A stretch of 64,000 nucleotides of DNA from a virus. Numbering within the stretch: the first letter of the stretch is position 1; each line of letters begins with the position of its first letter. The stretch spans positions 1 through 64,000 of the IMG/VR virus record IMGVR_UViG_3300031949_000013; one strand, 5' to 3'. The notes under the pieces are model-generated. The model was not told the origin of the DNA and did no database searches. It saw only the letters and a list, made by a program, of their open reading frames with translations. The translations under genes and the position numbers were made by a program. Shown piece after piece: positions 9,428-19,089 of this stretch.

Positions 9428-10498
9428 TCATTTTGCCCGGATCGGAATCGTCCAATTCCGGGTCATTGCCAAGACGGCTGCTACATGCTTGCACACCTTG
9501 TTGACTCGCTGCGGATCACGAATGTTCGGAGCACTAGCAGTCCCCTGAAGGGGCGTCTTAGGGTCTTGGTAATCCTGTTGCTGAGCGTGAAATTCCGGAC
9601 CTTGCCATCGCCAGGCCGGACAAGAGCAAGCTAGCTGAAGGTTCAACTTCGTGAACTTGACGATGTTCCCCGTCCGATTCGCCTTGAGCCGGACCACCTT
9701 GGGACCATTGCCGCAATCCACGGAAAAAAGCCATCGAAGGTTTTTCACATCAGCTCGACGGAGAGTTGACCTACACTGCTTGCTTCGTTGATTGATCCTT
9801 GGACTGAGCTTTTGCTCAATCTCCTCGATCTCGGCCGCAACCTTAGCCCCACCCAGGAGAAAAAGAACCGGAGCCTGCTCCAGGAGATACATCCCCGCGA
9901 CCCACAAAGCCGACGCATTGTGCGTGTTGGGCTTATCGTCCCGATATGGGTATCTTGTGATCGAGTCATCCTCGCTAGGATGACCCCCTGGGTCTGTGAA
10001 CCTCGGCTTGAACTTCCCGTGATCCCGTCGGTCCTCCTCAGGGTCTTCTTGAGGCTTGGCCCGATCATCAGGACCGTCCTTCTTGTAGATGGATCCCGGA
10101 GGAGCCTTGTCGAATTCCCGGTGATCCTCGACAGGCTTGTTGAAGGTGGACTGACCAGTATCTTTAGGGTCTATGGAGATCCCCCGCTCGACAGGTCCAC
10201 CTGTAGGAAGCTCGGCCGTTCCCATGGGGTCCAAAAGAGGGCGAGCGGATTTCTCCCAATGGGAGAACTGGCCGTTGCCGTACCAGACTGGCTTCCCGCG
10301 TTTCTTCTTGAGCCCATCGATGAGAGATGAAACCTCTGCTGAGTCCATCTTGGCCCAGTCAGGTTCCTCTCCACCAACCTGCTTCACAAGATGCTTGGCA
10401 TAGTCCAACTGTGCCTTTGAGGGTGCGTTGGATGTAGCCGTGGGGAGGGCAGGATTGCCTCCACCATAGCTAGGTCGAGTGATCAGGGGTTGAACCAT
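9428..10498 (-). CDS. Modular virion-associated protein with C-terminal SWIM-type zinc finger
   Basis: ACSCPAW...CKHVAAVL; N-terminal low-complexity modules bounded by KSA, KVA. Confidence 0.65.
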   Translation of the reverse strand: MVQPLITRPSYGGGNPALPTATSNAPSKAQLDYAKHLVKQVGGEEPDWAKMDSAEVSSLIDGLKKKRGKPVWYGNGQFSHWEKSARPLLDPMGTAELPTGGPVERGISIDPKDTGQSTFNKPVEDHREFDKAPPGSIYKKDGPDDRAKPQEDPEEDRRDHGKFKPRFTDPGGHPSEDDSITRYPYRDDKPNTHNASALWVAGMYLLEQAPVLFLLGGAKVAAEIEEIEQKLSPRINQRSKQCRSTLRRADVKNLRWLFSVDCGNGPKVVRLKANRTGNIVKFTKLNLQLACSCPAWRWQGPEFHAQQQDYQDPKTPLQGTASAPNIRDPQRVNKVCKHVAAVLAMTRNWTIPIRAK

Positions 10499-12505
10499 TC
10501 AGCCCATCTTGCCGACAGCAATGTCTCCCACGGTAAAGTCCGGCTTGTCTGCGTACCGCTTGTTGACGATACCGTACCTCTTCCCCTCGACGTTGACTGT
10601 GTAATAGGCCGGAGCAATCGGCGGATCGCCCGTAGTGAAGTCATACTTGATCTTGCGCTTCTTCAACTCAGAGCCGATGTCCATGAACGAGCTGGCTTCC
10701 AAGATAGCCTCCCGAAGAACTTGAAGAGAATCCGCAGCTACCTTCCAGTCGGCCGACTTGAACTTGTCCTTGTTCTTGTCGTGCTCCACCTTCCACTTGG
10801 CTGCATCCTCAGGACTCATGTTCTCCGTCGGGTCAGCAGGCTTACCTTCCTCGAACCTAGACATGTGCTCTTCATCGGAAGACGCAACATCGATTCTGGG
10901 GTCAGGCTGCTGACCGCCGGCTAGACTTCTCCGAGCCTTCAGAATCTCACGAGTCAGCGCAGTTGCCTTTGTTACCCCATCTGTCCCGGCACCAAGCTCA
11001 TTCAACAAGGCCCCAGTATTCTCTACGACCCCTGCCAACATGGAGAGGGCCATCCGCCAGTTACCGGCAACACCTTTTCGGTAGGCAATCAAACTGTCCG
11101 TTTTGATCAACTCCATCCGAGGCATCGGTCCCGGATCCAAGGCCGCTACCCTCTCTGCCGCAAAGACGACATTCTTAGGCATGGACCGCTCCAGAACACG
11201 AAGCTGACCCTGCAAAGAAGCTGCCTCATTGTAGAGGTTACCGAGCTGAGGGGCGTACTTGGCAGGATCCCGCTTGTAGGTTTCCAGCGAGTGCCTCATC
11301 TGCTTAGCACCATTTTCAACGCCCCCTACCATGCGATCGAGGAAGACAGTGAATTGGTCCTCACGGGTAAAGTCCGAAGCATCCTTGAACTTGTCCTTGT
11401 GCTCTTCGTTCTTTTTCTTCCACTCCTCGGCATCATCGGGAGACATGTTTTGGGTTGGATCCGCCGGCTGACCCTTCTCGAACCTGGATCTGCGAGCAGC
11501 TTCTTCAGCAGGATTGTCCTCCAGCTCCATTCCTGGCCCAGCAGCCATCCCAAGTTCACAAGCCATCCCAGGTCCGCAACTATCCTCGCCAAGCCGAATC
11601 GAAGGACCGTGGGCAAGAGTGTTCTGGACAGCAGACCAGTAGACCATGCCCCACAGGGCATCCTCCATCTTCGAGAGAATGCCCCAAGGTCCACCAAGAA
11701 AACTCGGTCGGAACTTCCCGAGATTGTCCACCTCTTGATGAAGATCTTGATGAGCAATGCGAAGTGTTCCAGGAGCTTCACGAGCCAATTCTTCCTTGGA
11801 ACCTGTGGTTGCTTCCTTGGTCCCAGCGACCCAGGCATCTCGAAGAGCATCGTCGGACGCCGTCAAGTTCTCGGCAAGAACCTTCCTGAGCGTGGCCGCC
11901 AGGTGAAGTCTCTTGGGAGACTCCTTCGAGGGCTGGAGCAGAACCTTGCCCATGATCTCGAACATCTCGGCTGTGGCCGTCACATCCTCGGCAGTTCGAG
12001 TCTGATCTTCCAAACCGGAGATGAGCCCCAAAACCTGAGTCAGAGGAAGCTTGCCCGTAGTCCTGACATTCGCGGCGATCTTCTGGAGTTCCTCAGCAGC
12101 CTGCATCGGATTCATCGTGGGCCTCATTGGTTCTGAACGACGTTGAACAGTTCGAATCCGGACTTCTTTGAGGGCTCTCTCCAGCTCCTCGACCTTCTCT
12201 GGCCGCAGCTCTTGCTTGATCTCTTCATAGTCAAGACGGTCCGCGGCCAATGCCACGGCCTGGAGGGACTTCTCCAACTTGAAGAGGTGCTCCGGGATAG
12301 CTTGGAGAAGATGTCCAGCAACCTCGAAGATATGATCTTGATGGTCGGATTTCTCAACGAGCTGTCGAGCTAAATCGATATAGTGAGTGAGGTGAGCGCA
12401 ATTCAAACGAGCGTCACCCAACTCCTCCATGAGGTAAACAGTCATGCCAGACGCCGTCTTTTGACGCCCAGCACGCTGCATACAGCCGTCATGAGGCTCA
12501 ACCAT
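10499..12505 (-). CDS. Modular putative internal head polyprotein
   Basis: 668 aa; duplicated SRFE(K/E)G(Q/K)PADPT(Q/E)NMSP..A..W module; many K/R-x-A sites. Confidence 0.65.
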   Translation of the reverse strand: MVEPHDGCMQRAGRQKTASGMTVYLMEELGDARLNCAHLTHYIDLARQLVEKSDHQDHIFEVAGHLLQAIPEHLFKLEKSLQAVALAADRLDYEEIKQELRPEKVEELERALKEVRIRTVQRRSEPMRPTMNPMQAAEELQKIAANVRTTGKLPLTQVLGLISGLEDQTRTAEDVTATAEMFEIMGKVLLQPSKESPKRLHLAATLRKVLAENLTASDDALRDAWVAGTKEATTGSKEELAREAPGTLRIAHQDLHQEVDNLGKFRPSFLGGPWGILSKMEDALWGMVYWSAVQNTLAHGPSIRLGEDSCGPGMACELGMAAGPGMELEDNPAEEAARRSRFEKGQPADPTQNMSPDDAEEWKKKNEEHKDKFKDASDFTREDQFTVFLDRMVGGVENGAKQMRHSLETYKRDPAKYAPQLGNLYNEAASLQGQLRVLERSMPKNVVFAAERVAALDPGPMPRMELIKTDSLIAYRKGVAGNWRMALSMLAGVVENTGALLNELGAGTDGVTKATALTREILKARRSLAGGQQPDPRIDVASSDEEHMSRFEEGKPADPTENMSPEDAAKWKVEHDKNKDKFKSADWKVAADSLQVLREAILEASSFMDIGSELKKRKIKYDFTTGDPPIAPAYYTVNVEGKRYGIVNKRYADKPDFTVGDIAVGKMG

Positions 12506-12542
12506 CGGAGTCCTTTCCTGCTTTCACAGCAAAGGACTCCGA
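12505..12542 (-). promoter_or_regulatory. RBS-sequestering hairpin
   Basis: Perfect 12-bp inverted repeat TCGGAGTCCTTT/AAAGGACTCCGA covering the SD (AAGGA) and the A of the ATG at 12505; no U-tract follows on either strand. Confidence 0.7.
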
Positions 12543-12561
12543 AAAGTGCCTTAGCGGTCCG

Positions 12562-13713
12562 TCAGAAGCACTCCGGGAACTCCTGGAGAAGCCGGGCCTT
12601 CATCTCGTCGTTCTCAGCAGCGAAAATGGCCTTGATGACATCCGGACGATCATCAAAGTCCGCTTGGATTCGGGCGACCTTCTTCCGAACAGGATCGTCG
12701 AAGTTGTAAAGGTCCGGGAAATCCACGCACATTATCTTGGCAATCTTCCGACGAGCGTCCTCAGTACCAGAGATATCCACCGGAGGATGAGCTGCCGGCT
12801 GGACCACCTGAACATCCTTCTTCGGACCGTTGGTGGTCCGGAAGGTCAAACCCTCGGACTCGACTACTGCTTGCTGAGCAAGGCCAGCTCCACCAGTTCC
12901 TCCGAGGTCTGCGGTCATCGTCCCGCCACCGACCGATGGAGTGACCGTGAAACCTTCGGTCTGCCGCACCTGGGGAGCCTGAACCGAACCCACGACCTGA
13001 CGAGCCGGAACTGCATCCACGTCCACGTAGGCTGCCTTGTGAGCGTTCTTCGTAGCCAGATACTCAGCTCTCTGGACAGCCGACATCCGGGCCATCATCT
13101 CCTCTTCTGTCATGCCACGACCCGGATCGATCTGGCCTGATTGTGAGGCCGTTCGGATGTGACTGCCTGCGGACTCGGCCGTGAGGGTGGCTGACGCCTT
13201 GGCCGGTGTCTTGAGGTTCCTAACCGGGACTCCATCCTGGGGCTCCACGACAACCCTGGATGCCTCGGCCGCAGTCAAAGCACGATTCTCCGATCCCGTT
13301 CGATACGTTCGATCTCGGTTCCGATTCTGGGCAGCATCCGCCATCTCTCGAACATTGCCGACCGTGCGCTCCTGCTCATCAGTTGTCACCGGAGCCACTG
13401 GACGAGCCCGGTTCGCCGGATCGAGAGGATTCCCGCCCTGGGTTGCATGTCGAAGCTGGATGCCCGCAGGCTGCGGGATCTGGGCCGAGATGTCATTAGG
13501 ATCATACTCGGCTGCTGGCACCACCCAGCCCATCCGCATCGCTCCACGCAGTTGGGGTAAACTGATCGACTGCCCGCCGTACTGGACGATGGTTCCGTCG
13601 AATAGAAGCTCGGAACCCGCAGGGACCGAAATCCCAGTCTGTCCAAGAGCGAACGTCCGAGTCGTGATGAAGGGCAGCGGCTTGCCAGCGTGGAATTGGA
13701 TCTGGGTATTCAT
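12562..13713 (-). CDS. Hypothetical virion-associated protein
   Basis: 383-aa ORF with SD AGGGAG. Confidence 0.65.
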   Translation of the reverse strand: MNTQIQFHAGKPLPFITTRTFALGQTGISVPAGSELLFDGTIVQYGGQSISLPQLRGAMRMGWVVPAAEYDPNDISAQIPQPAGIQLRHATQGGNPLDPANRARPVAPVTTDEQERTVGNVREMADAAQNRNRDRTYRTGSENRALTAAEASRVVVEPQDGVPVRNLKTPAKASATLTAESAGSHIRTASQSGQIDPGRGMTEEEMMARMSAVQRAEYLATKNAHKAAYVDVDAVPARQVVGSVQAPQVRQTEGFTVTPSVGGGTMTADLGGTGGAGLAQQAVVESEGLTFRTTNGPKKDVQVVQPAAHPPVDISGTEDARRKIAKIMCVDFPDLYNFDDPVRKKVARIQADFDDRPDVIKAIFAAENDEMKARLLQEFPECF

Positions 13714-13717
13714 TTCA

Positions 13718-13759
13718 ATCTGTCTCCCTAGAGATGGAAGGGCCTCTCTAGGGACAGAT
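13718..13759 (-). promoter_or_regulatory. RBS-sequestering hairpin preceded by CTTTTTGAT motif
   Basis: TCCCTAGAGA/TCTCTAGGGA 10-bp stem plus ATCTG/CAGAT 5-bp stem; the 3' arm contains the SD of 13713. Confidence 0.65.
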
Positions 13760-13781
13760 CAAAAAGTAGATTATGAGTGGA

Positions 13782-14318
13782 TTAGTCAGCAGGCTCCAGA
13801 CGGGAGGGAACCACGGCAAACGATGGGTTTTCTGCGATGGCTTCCAGCGTGGCCTCGGCCTTTTCTGGCTCAGGCCACAACTCCTCGGGGTCTACTCCCG
13901 AACGAAGGGCATCCAACGCTTGCTTGGCCGAAAATGCTTCAGCCTGTCTGGCTTGGAGAAAGGCATCCAAGGTGGCAGCCACTTCCTTGCGAAGTTCCTC
14001 GCCAGCCAGGTAGATGATCTGACCTCGAACTTCCCATTGCTCCATGAACTCAGGCACAGGAACAATGTCCTCGATGTTGACCCTCTCAGCTCCATGGGCC
14101 AATGGGATATCCCCAAACCCTTCGAGTTTAGCTGTGAGTACCCACCCCGGGCGTCCTCCAAATTCCTTCGGATCGGGAGTCAGGGTGAATGTGGTGCGAA
14201 GAACCGCCTTAGGATGCTTGCACCTCCCGTACTCCTCTAAAGCCCACAGGACAGCCTGGTAGAGAGACTCCGTGTCGTTGTAGGGCTTCCGGTGAAGATC
14301 TTCGGCAGGGTTCGACAT
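13782..14318 (-). CDS. Hypothetical protein
   Basis: 178-aa ORF, preceded by GGTGTAG motif. Confidence 0.6.
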   Translation of the reverse strand: MSNPAEDLHRKPYNDTESLYQAVLWALEEYGRCKHPKAVLRTTFTLTPDPKEFGGRPGWVLTAKLEGFGDIPLAHGAERVNIEDIVPVPEFMEQWEVRGQIIYLAGEELRKEVAATLDAFLQARQAEAFSAKQALDALRSGVDPEELWPEPEKAEATLEAIAENPSFAVVPSRLEPAD

Positions 14319-14344
14319 GACCCTTCTCTACACCACTATCAAGG

Positions 14345-14674
14345 CTACACACGACCCTGCCGCTTGAAGAACTCGATCTGCTTCAAACGGGCCTCAGCCT
14401 CAGCCTTGGACTTGTAGCAGCCGCCATTCCAATCAGGGTTGTTCGGCGACCGAACGCAGTATTCGCCCTTCTCCTTGCGGATGACCGCTACGATGTTCCT
14501 TTGGGCTTCCTTCGTGACCTCGGTGATGTCCGTGAAGTCCCCGTCAGGATCCGTAACATCCACCCAATCCTTCTGCCTGATTCGAGGTTGAAACTTGGCA
14601 GGAGCCCTTGGAGATTTGGAGGGAACCTTGGCTTCCCTCCACTTGACCATCACGATATGCGCAAGCTTGTCCAT
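14345..14674 (-). CDS. Putative internal head protein
   Basis: Start re-assigned to MDKLAHIVMVKW (14674), just after the upstream stop; C-terminal IRKEKGEYCVRS...GCYKSKAEAEARLKQIEFFK module. Confidence 0.6.
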   Translation of the reverse strand: MDKLAHIVMVKWREAKVPSKSPRAPAKFQPRIRQKDWVDVTDPDGDFTDITEVTKEAQRNIVAVIRKEKGEYCVRSPNNPDWNGGCYKSKAEAEARLKQIEFFKRQGRV

Positions 14675-14676
14675 CC

Positions 14677-14946
14677 CTACAGCTTTTTCAACTCTTGCTT
14701 GATCTCTTTGGCCTTGGGTCCACGCCATGAACTCGCATTGTTCAGGAAGTAAGCGATGATGCTCTTGGCCGAGTCTGCCCCGTAGCTGTCTGTGATCTTG
14801 TCCAGGTCCATCATCGCTTCCAAGTAAGGCTTGGCTGCGAAGTTGACCTTCTTCCAATCCTGGGCGATCTCCTTGGCGATCTCGTGAATTGGACGAGTCT
14901 GGGCAGCCTGGAGATACCTAGCAGCTACACGGTGGGCGAGGTCCAT
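14677..14946 (-). CDS. Putative internal head protein with RVAARYL tag
   Basis: MDLAHRVAARYLQAA then RPIHEIA.EI..DW..V.FAAKPYL.AM..L...SWRG domain. Confidence 0.65.
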   Translation of the reverse strand: MDLAHRVAARYLQAAQTRPIHEIAKEIAQDWKKVNFAAKPYLEAMMDLDKITDSYGADSAKSIIAYFLNNASSWRGPKAKEIKQELKKL

Positions 14947-14961
14947 GCCTAGTTGAAGCAA

Positions 14962-15141
14962 TCAAAACAATGATCGCTTGCAGGTCGGGCACTTTGGAAT
15001 CGGCTTCTTCTGATGGAGCTTACAGTAGCCGTCTCTCCAAGCCATGTTCTTGCATCTACCTGGAAACCACCGGTCTTTCCGCTGAACTTTGCAACGAGCT
15101 TTCTCATGCCCTGGGTTCAGCCACCATCTGCCCTTATTCAT
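14962..15141 (-). CDS. 59-aa Cys/His zinc-finger protein (below ORF-track cutoff)
   Basis: Hand translation: MNKGRWWLNPGHEKARCKVQRKDRWFPGRCKNMAWRDGYCKLHQKKPIPKCPTCKRSLF; ATGA overlap with upstream stop; fills the gap exactly. Confidence 0.6.
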   Translation of the reverse strand: MNKGRWWLNPGHEKARCKVQRKDRWFPGRCKNMAWRDGYCKLHQKKPIPKCPTCKRSLF

Positions 15142-16067
15142 GCAACGGGTCTCCCTACCAGCCGAGGATGATCGATCCCGTATCGTTTGAGGAACCGATC
15201 CACCGTTGTGGGTGCCTCACCAAGCATCTTAGCCATACGTCGAATGGGGATTCCTTGTGAGGCCATCTCTTTCAGGATCTTCTCCGAAAGCTTCTGTCGA
15301 AGCTGATATTGAGGCCCCAGGAATCCGAACTCCAGCTTGTGAGTCATACAGTCTGGCATGTGTGGACGAACCAGTGAGATGAAGCGTTCGGCTTGATCTT
15401 CACCATCGAGAATGAACTCGCCCGTCTTACCTTTCCGCAAAGTCCACCTGGGACTGAAACCAAACTTCTCGAAAATGGCCAGAGCAACACCACGACTAGC
15501 GAGATCCATCCCAAAGGCGAACATGGGCCACCATTGAGCACAACCATCGTCCATAAACCAGATAGCAAGGGCGAGTGGATCTACGAGATCCACCACTCGA
15601 TTCTGTAGCCGCTTGGGGCCTGGTTCTGGATAGAACAGAGCGTGCCAGGGAAGCAGAGTAGCATGGGAAACTGTTTCAAAACGCCACCCAGGGAATTCCC
15701 GCCACTGTGTCGGGCTGATCGGAGTCTTTACCCAAGATCCCCACTCAGAGGCTTTCCACAGAAGGTAGGTCTTCTGCGCATCCGAATGATTCTCCATGTA
15801 ACGGGCCACGTGGATACTCTTGGAAAGCCTACCGTCCCCAAGCATGGATCCCACTAGAACTGACTGTAGTCGGCCCTCTATGGGGATTACCTCGTGGCGT
15901 TCTGTTCGACAGATGGTCTCTATCCCAAAGCGACGTCTCCAAGACCTCACCCGTTTGACAGTTGCTTCCCCTTTGAGCCTCAAGACAATCTGCTCATCTG
16001 TGAGTAAATCCTCAGCATAAAGTCGTCGAAGATCCTCCTGGGAGATAGGACACGGTACAGCTTTCAT
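15138..16067 (-). CDS. Free-standing LAGLIDADG homing endonuclease with terminal HTH domains
   Basis: VLVGSMLGDG and LALAIWFMDDG motifs; HTH-like segments at both ends. Confidence 0.85.
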   Translation of the reverse strand: MKAVPCPISQEDLRRLYAEDLLTDEQIVLRLKGEATVKRVRSWRRRFGIETICRTERHEVIPIEGRLQSVLVGSMLGDGRLSKSIHVARYMENHSDAQKTYLLWKASEWGSWVKTPISPTQWREFPGWRFETVSHATLLPWHALFYPEPGPKRLQNRVVDLVDPLALAIWFMDDGCAQWWPMFAFGMDLASRGVALAIFEKFGFSPRWTLRKGKTGEFILDGEDQAERFISLVRPHMPDCMTHKLEFGFLGPQYQLRQKLSEKILKEMASQGIPIRRMAKMLGEAPTTVDRFLKRYGIDHPRLVGRPVA

Positions 16068-16101
16068 GCTCTGACTTCTACACTACTGGAGCATTCACAG
16101 C

Positions 16102-16135
16102 AAGAGAAAAGCCGACCCAGTTTCCTAGGTCGGCT
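16102..16135 (-). terminator. Rho-independent terminator after major capsid gene
   Basis: Minus strand AGCCGACCUAG-GAAA-CUGGGUCGGCU followed by UUUCUCUU. Confidence 0.85.
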
Positions 16136-16171
16136 CCTCTTTGGCTTCTCCCAGCCTCTACCGGCTCACAC

Positions 16172-17050
16172 TCAGAAGCGTGTGATGACGAGGCGAGTCA
16201 ACCCACGTGGGTTGAAGGCGCCTATGCCGATATTTTCGAAACAGGAGAAACCAATCGTACGAGCCTTCGGGTCGTCCGCCGAGAGAACGGTCAGCTCGGT
16301 ACGGACCGGGAAGCGGCCGAAGTTCTCCGGCTCTGCACAGACATACACGTAGCCGGCCGGAACCAGACGGCTGGTGATGATCTGAGCACCCCAGAGGGTG
16401 GCCTGGAGACCGGTCTTCAGGAGGGTGGCCTGAGACTCGATGTCCAGGATGTCACGACCGAACTTCCGGATGTCAGCGTAATCAACCGCATTCATGTAGA
16501 TGCGGGCAACACGCAAGTCGTGACGCTCGACCTCAGCAAAAGCATCCGCAAGGACGCTCGGGCTGATTGGAGCAACGACGGCGATGTCCGGGTTGGTCTG
16601 GCCAGGCAGAGTGTCGAAGCCCGAGACAGCGATGCTGTCCAGAACCGCAAACACACGCTCGTCCTCAGCCGCCTGGATCTGAGCCTTCGCAAGATCCTGC
16701 GAACGCTCAATCAGGTCGAACCGACGCTCCTTGATCTGGGTGAGCGGGATCTCCGGGTTCGAGGCAATCTCGAACAACGGGAAGATCACACGCCTCGGCT
16801 TCTGGATGGCGAGGATGTTTTCACCCTCTTCACCAACCACGAATGCCGTGACTTCCGGATCCTTGTCATAGATCGGAAGGGCTCCGTCGGGGAGCTGCTC
16901 GACCAGGAAGGTCTTGCGACCAACGGCCGTGTAGTCTCGACGGAGACGTAAGGGCTGGATCATCGAAGCTGCGAGCTTGGCTCGGCCGGCAGCAGTACGG
17001 ATGTACTCACTGATGATCTGTTGCTTGATTTCGTTTGAAACCTGGTTCAT
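16172..17050 (-). CDS. Major capsid protein (HK97 fold)
   Basis: Order protease-scaffold-decoration-MCP-terminator; LAASMIQP, LFEIASNPEI, AEDERVF, LWGAQIITS, IG.FNPRG motifs; resembles my recollection of Bxz1-like myovirus capsids (unverified). Confidence 0.85.
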   Translation of the reverse strand: MNQVSNEIKQQIISEYIRTAAGRAKLAASMIQPLRLRRDYTAVGRKTFLVEQLPDGALPIYDKDPEVTAFVVGEEGENILAIQKPRRVIFPLFEIASNPEIPLTQIKERRFDLIERSQDLAKAQIQAAEDERVFAVLDSIAVSGFDTLPGQTNPDIAVVAPISPSVLADAFAEVERHDLRVARIYMNAVDYADIRKFGRDILDIESQATLLKTGLQATLWGAQIITSRLVPAGYVYVCAEPENFGRFPVRTELTVLSADDPKARTIGFSCFENIGIGAFNPRGLTRLVITRF

Positions 17051-17073
17051 GGCTCTTTACTCCTCACTCAGCC

Positions 17074-17688
17074 TCAGACTCGCAGGTCGATGACCAGGAG
17101 TGAGTTGTTGGCGTCCGGGGCGACCTTGACGATGCCCATGAGCGTGTTTGTGCCCGCAGAGGCGTTGTCCTCGTAGCCATCCTCGACCTCATTCGTGAGC
17201 AGGCCGTTGACCGAGGCGTAGAGCTTTTGACCGACGGCGTACGCTGTGAGAGCAGCGGAACCAGTCTTCTGGTGCTGGGTCTCGTAGAGCGTAAGACCGA
17301 TGGTAGCCATCCCACAGACGTAGGGGCCACGACCGGAAGCCACACCTGGCGTGTTCTCGAACGGATTCCCGAGGGAGTCGTTGATGAAGATGCCGAGGGG
17401 CTTCTGACCAACCACATAGGAACCGCCAACCTTGACGGGACCTCCATGGAAGCCATTGCCTGCGTCAGGACGAGTGAAGGCAACGCTGCTGCCGAGAACG
17501 CCCTTCTTCGTGATTCCTGCGAGGGTCGTGGACGTGTTGACTCCGGCGACAATGGGAGGGTTGGTTTGCGTGAACGCATCTGCCGTCAGAACACCAACGC
17601 TGTTGCGGGTGCCCATGTGGAAGAGGTGAACGCGACCTGAAGTCTCCCTGAAGTCACCCGAGCCCTGTCCACCTAGCGGATTTGCCAT
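17074..17688 (-). CDS. Head decoration / minor capsid protein
   Basis: Directly upstream of MCP; PLGIF..D...ASG...Y.VG..LYAS.NGLLT...MGIV beta-tulip-like pattern. Confidence 0.7.
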   Translation of the reverse strand: MANPLGGQGSGDFRETSGRVHLFHMGTRNSVGVLTADAFTQTNPPIVAGVNTSTTLAGITKKGVLGSSVAFTRPDAGNGFHGGPVKVGGSYVVGQKPLGIFINDSLGNPFENTPGVASGRGPYVCGMATIGLTLYETQHQKTGSAALTAYAVGQKLYASVNGLLTNEVEDGYEDNASAGTNTLMGIVKVAPDANNSLLVIDLRV

Positions 17689-17756
17689 TGTTGGTATTCT
17701 CCTGGTGTCAGTTCTTGCTGGGGTTACCGATGTACATATTCATCTGCTCTGGAAGA

Positions 17757-19046
17757 TCAGGACCGAAATACGTCGGAGACGTCCGGTGCCGAATTCCAGA
17801 GATTGGAAAGCTTCTCGACATCCCCACCTGCACTGGGAGTCGGTGAACCGCCAAGCTGCGACACACCAGCCGTTGGACGTGTTCCGATCGTCCGAGTTGA
17901 AGCCGTGCGAGTCTGGGGTGTGGTGGCCTGAACCTGCATCGGTGCCGGAGCCCCATGCTGGAGAATGTGAGCCTGCTGAGCGTTCTGGACCTCTGCGTTG
18001 TTGGCAAAGAGGGTGGACAGAACCTCGTCCTCCGGACCCATAGGAACCTCGCCGATGTCCATCGACGGAGAGTCCATCTGAATGCCGAAATCGTTGGCGT
18101 CGAGGCCCTGGACCTGTGGCTGCTGGCCCTGAGCGAGCATCTGATCAATCATCTGATCATTCGACTGCTCCTGAAGCATCGCATCAAGGGCCTGCTGCTG
18201 ATGCTCGGCCATGGTCTGACCCTGCTGCACTTGCTGACCCTGGCCCTGCTGCTCCATCGGAACCTGCTGGACCTGCTGGACCTGCTCCTGTTGCTGGCCT
18301 TGCATCATCTGCTGGAGCTGTTGGGCCATCTGCTGGACCTGCTGGGCTATCTGCTCCAGCGTCCCGAGCTTGGCAGAAGCTTCCTTGTCATCCTTCTTGT
18401 CCTTGGCCTCATCCTTCTTCTTCTGGATCTGCTCCAAGAACTCCGGAGGAAGCTCTTTGGCCTGCTTCTCGCCTTGACCTTGATCTTGATCCTGGGCCTG
18501 CTGATCCTGGGCCTGCTTCTCGCCCTGATCCTGAGCCTGACCCTGATCTTCCTGATCCTGAGCCAGGCGATTGACCGTAGCGATGAGGTCGGGGTCAGAC
18601 AGGTTCATGAGCGCAAGAGCCTGATCCTCAACCGCAGCCTCGACCGCCTTCGATCCAAGCATCTGACGAGCCACCTTGCAGCAAAGGTCGGCTTTCTTCA
18701 CCAAAGTCTCCTCATCGAGAGAAGCCTGGCGGGCACCTCCACCACCACCACGAGCTGAAGAAGAACCTGGATCGGTCTCCGGATGACTGAAGGTGTCACC
18801 CCTCATCTCTGGTAAGCCGATCTCGTCCCGAGCCGTCTCACCATCGCTATATTCAGCCTTCCAGTTCTGGCCGGAAGGGTGAACGTCTTCGGCGAAAGTC
18901 GAGGGATCACCCGTGAGGTACTTGTCCGCCGAGGGCTGCCTCTGGAGGTGGTCCTGATTCATCGCCCGAGGATCTTCCGCACGCTTCGACATCGCCGAAG
19001 CCTGCTTCTGAATCTCTGAACGGTTCCAAGTGGTGCGCTCACGCAT
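17757..19046 (-). CDS. Capsid scaffold protein
   Basis: Gln/Asp-rich, coiled-coil, between protease and capsid genes; many KQA/RTA sites. Confidence 0.7.
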   Translation of the reverse strand: MRERTTWNRSEIQKQASAMSKRAEDPRAMNQDHLQRQPSADKYLTGDPSTFAEDVHPSGQNWKAEYSDGETARDEIGLPEMRGDTFSHPETDPGSSSARGGGGGARQASLDEETLVKKADLCCKVARQMLGSKAVEAAVEDQALALMNLSDPDLIATVNRLAQDQEDQGQAQDQGEKQAQDQQAQDQDQGQGEKQAKELPPEFLEQIQKKKDEAKDKKDDKEASAKLGTLEQIAQQVQQMAQQLQQMMQGQQQEQVQQVQQVPMEQQGQGQQVQQGQTMAEHQQQALDAMLQEQSNDQMIDQMLAQGQQPQVQGLDANDFGIQMDSPSMDIGEVPMGPEDEVLSTLFANNAEVQNAQQAHILQHGAPAPMQVQATTPQTRTASTRTIGTRPTAGVSQLGGSPTPSAGGDVEKLSNLWNSAPDVSDVFRS

Positions 19047-19079
19047 GGTGGATCAGCCTTTCCTGCTCAAAAGGGGACT

Positions 19080-19089
19080 ATAAAAGGAA
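19080..19089 (-). promoter_or_regulatory. Candidate late-promoter motif TTCCTTTTAT
   Basis: Immediately after the protease stop, 33 nt before the scaffold ATG. Confidence 0.55.
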
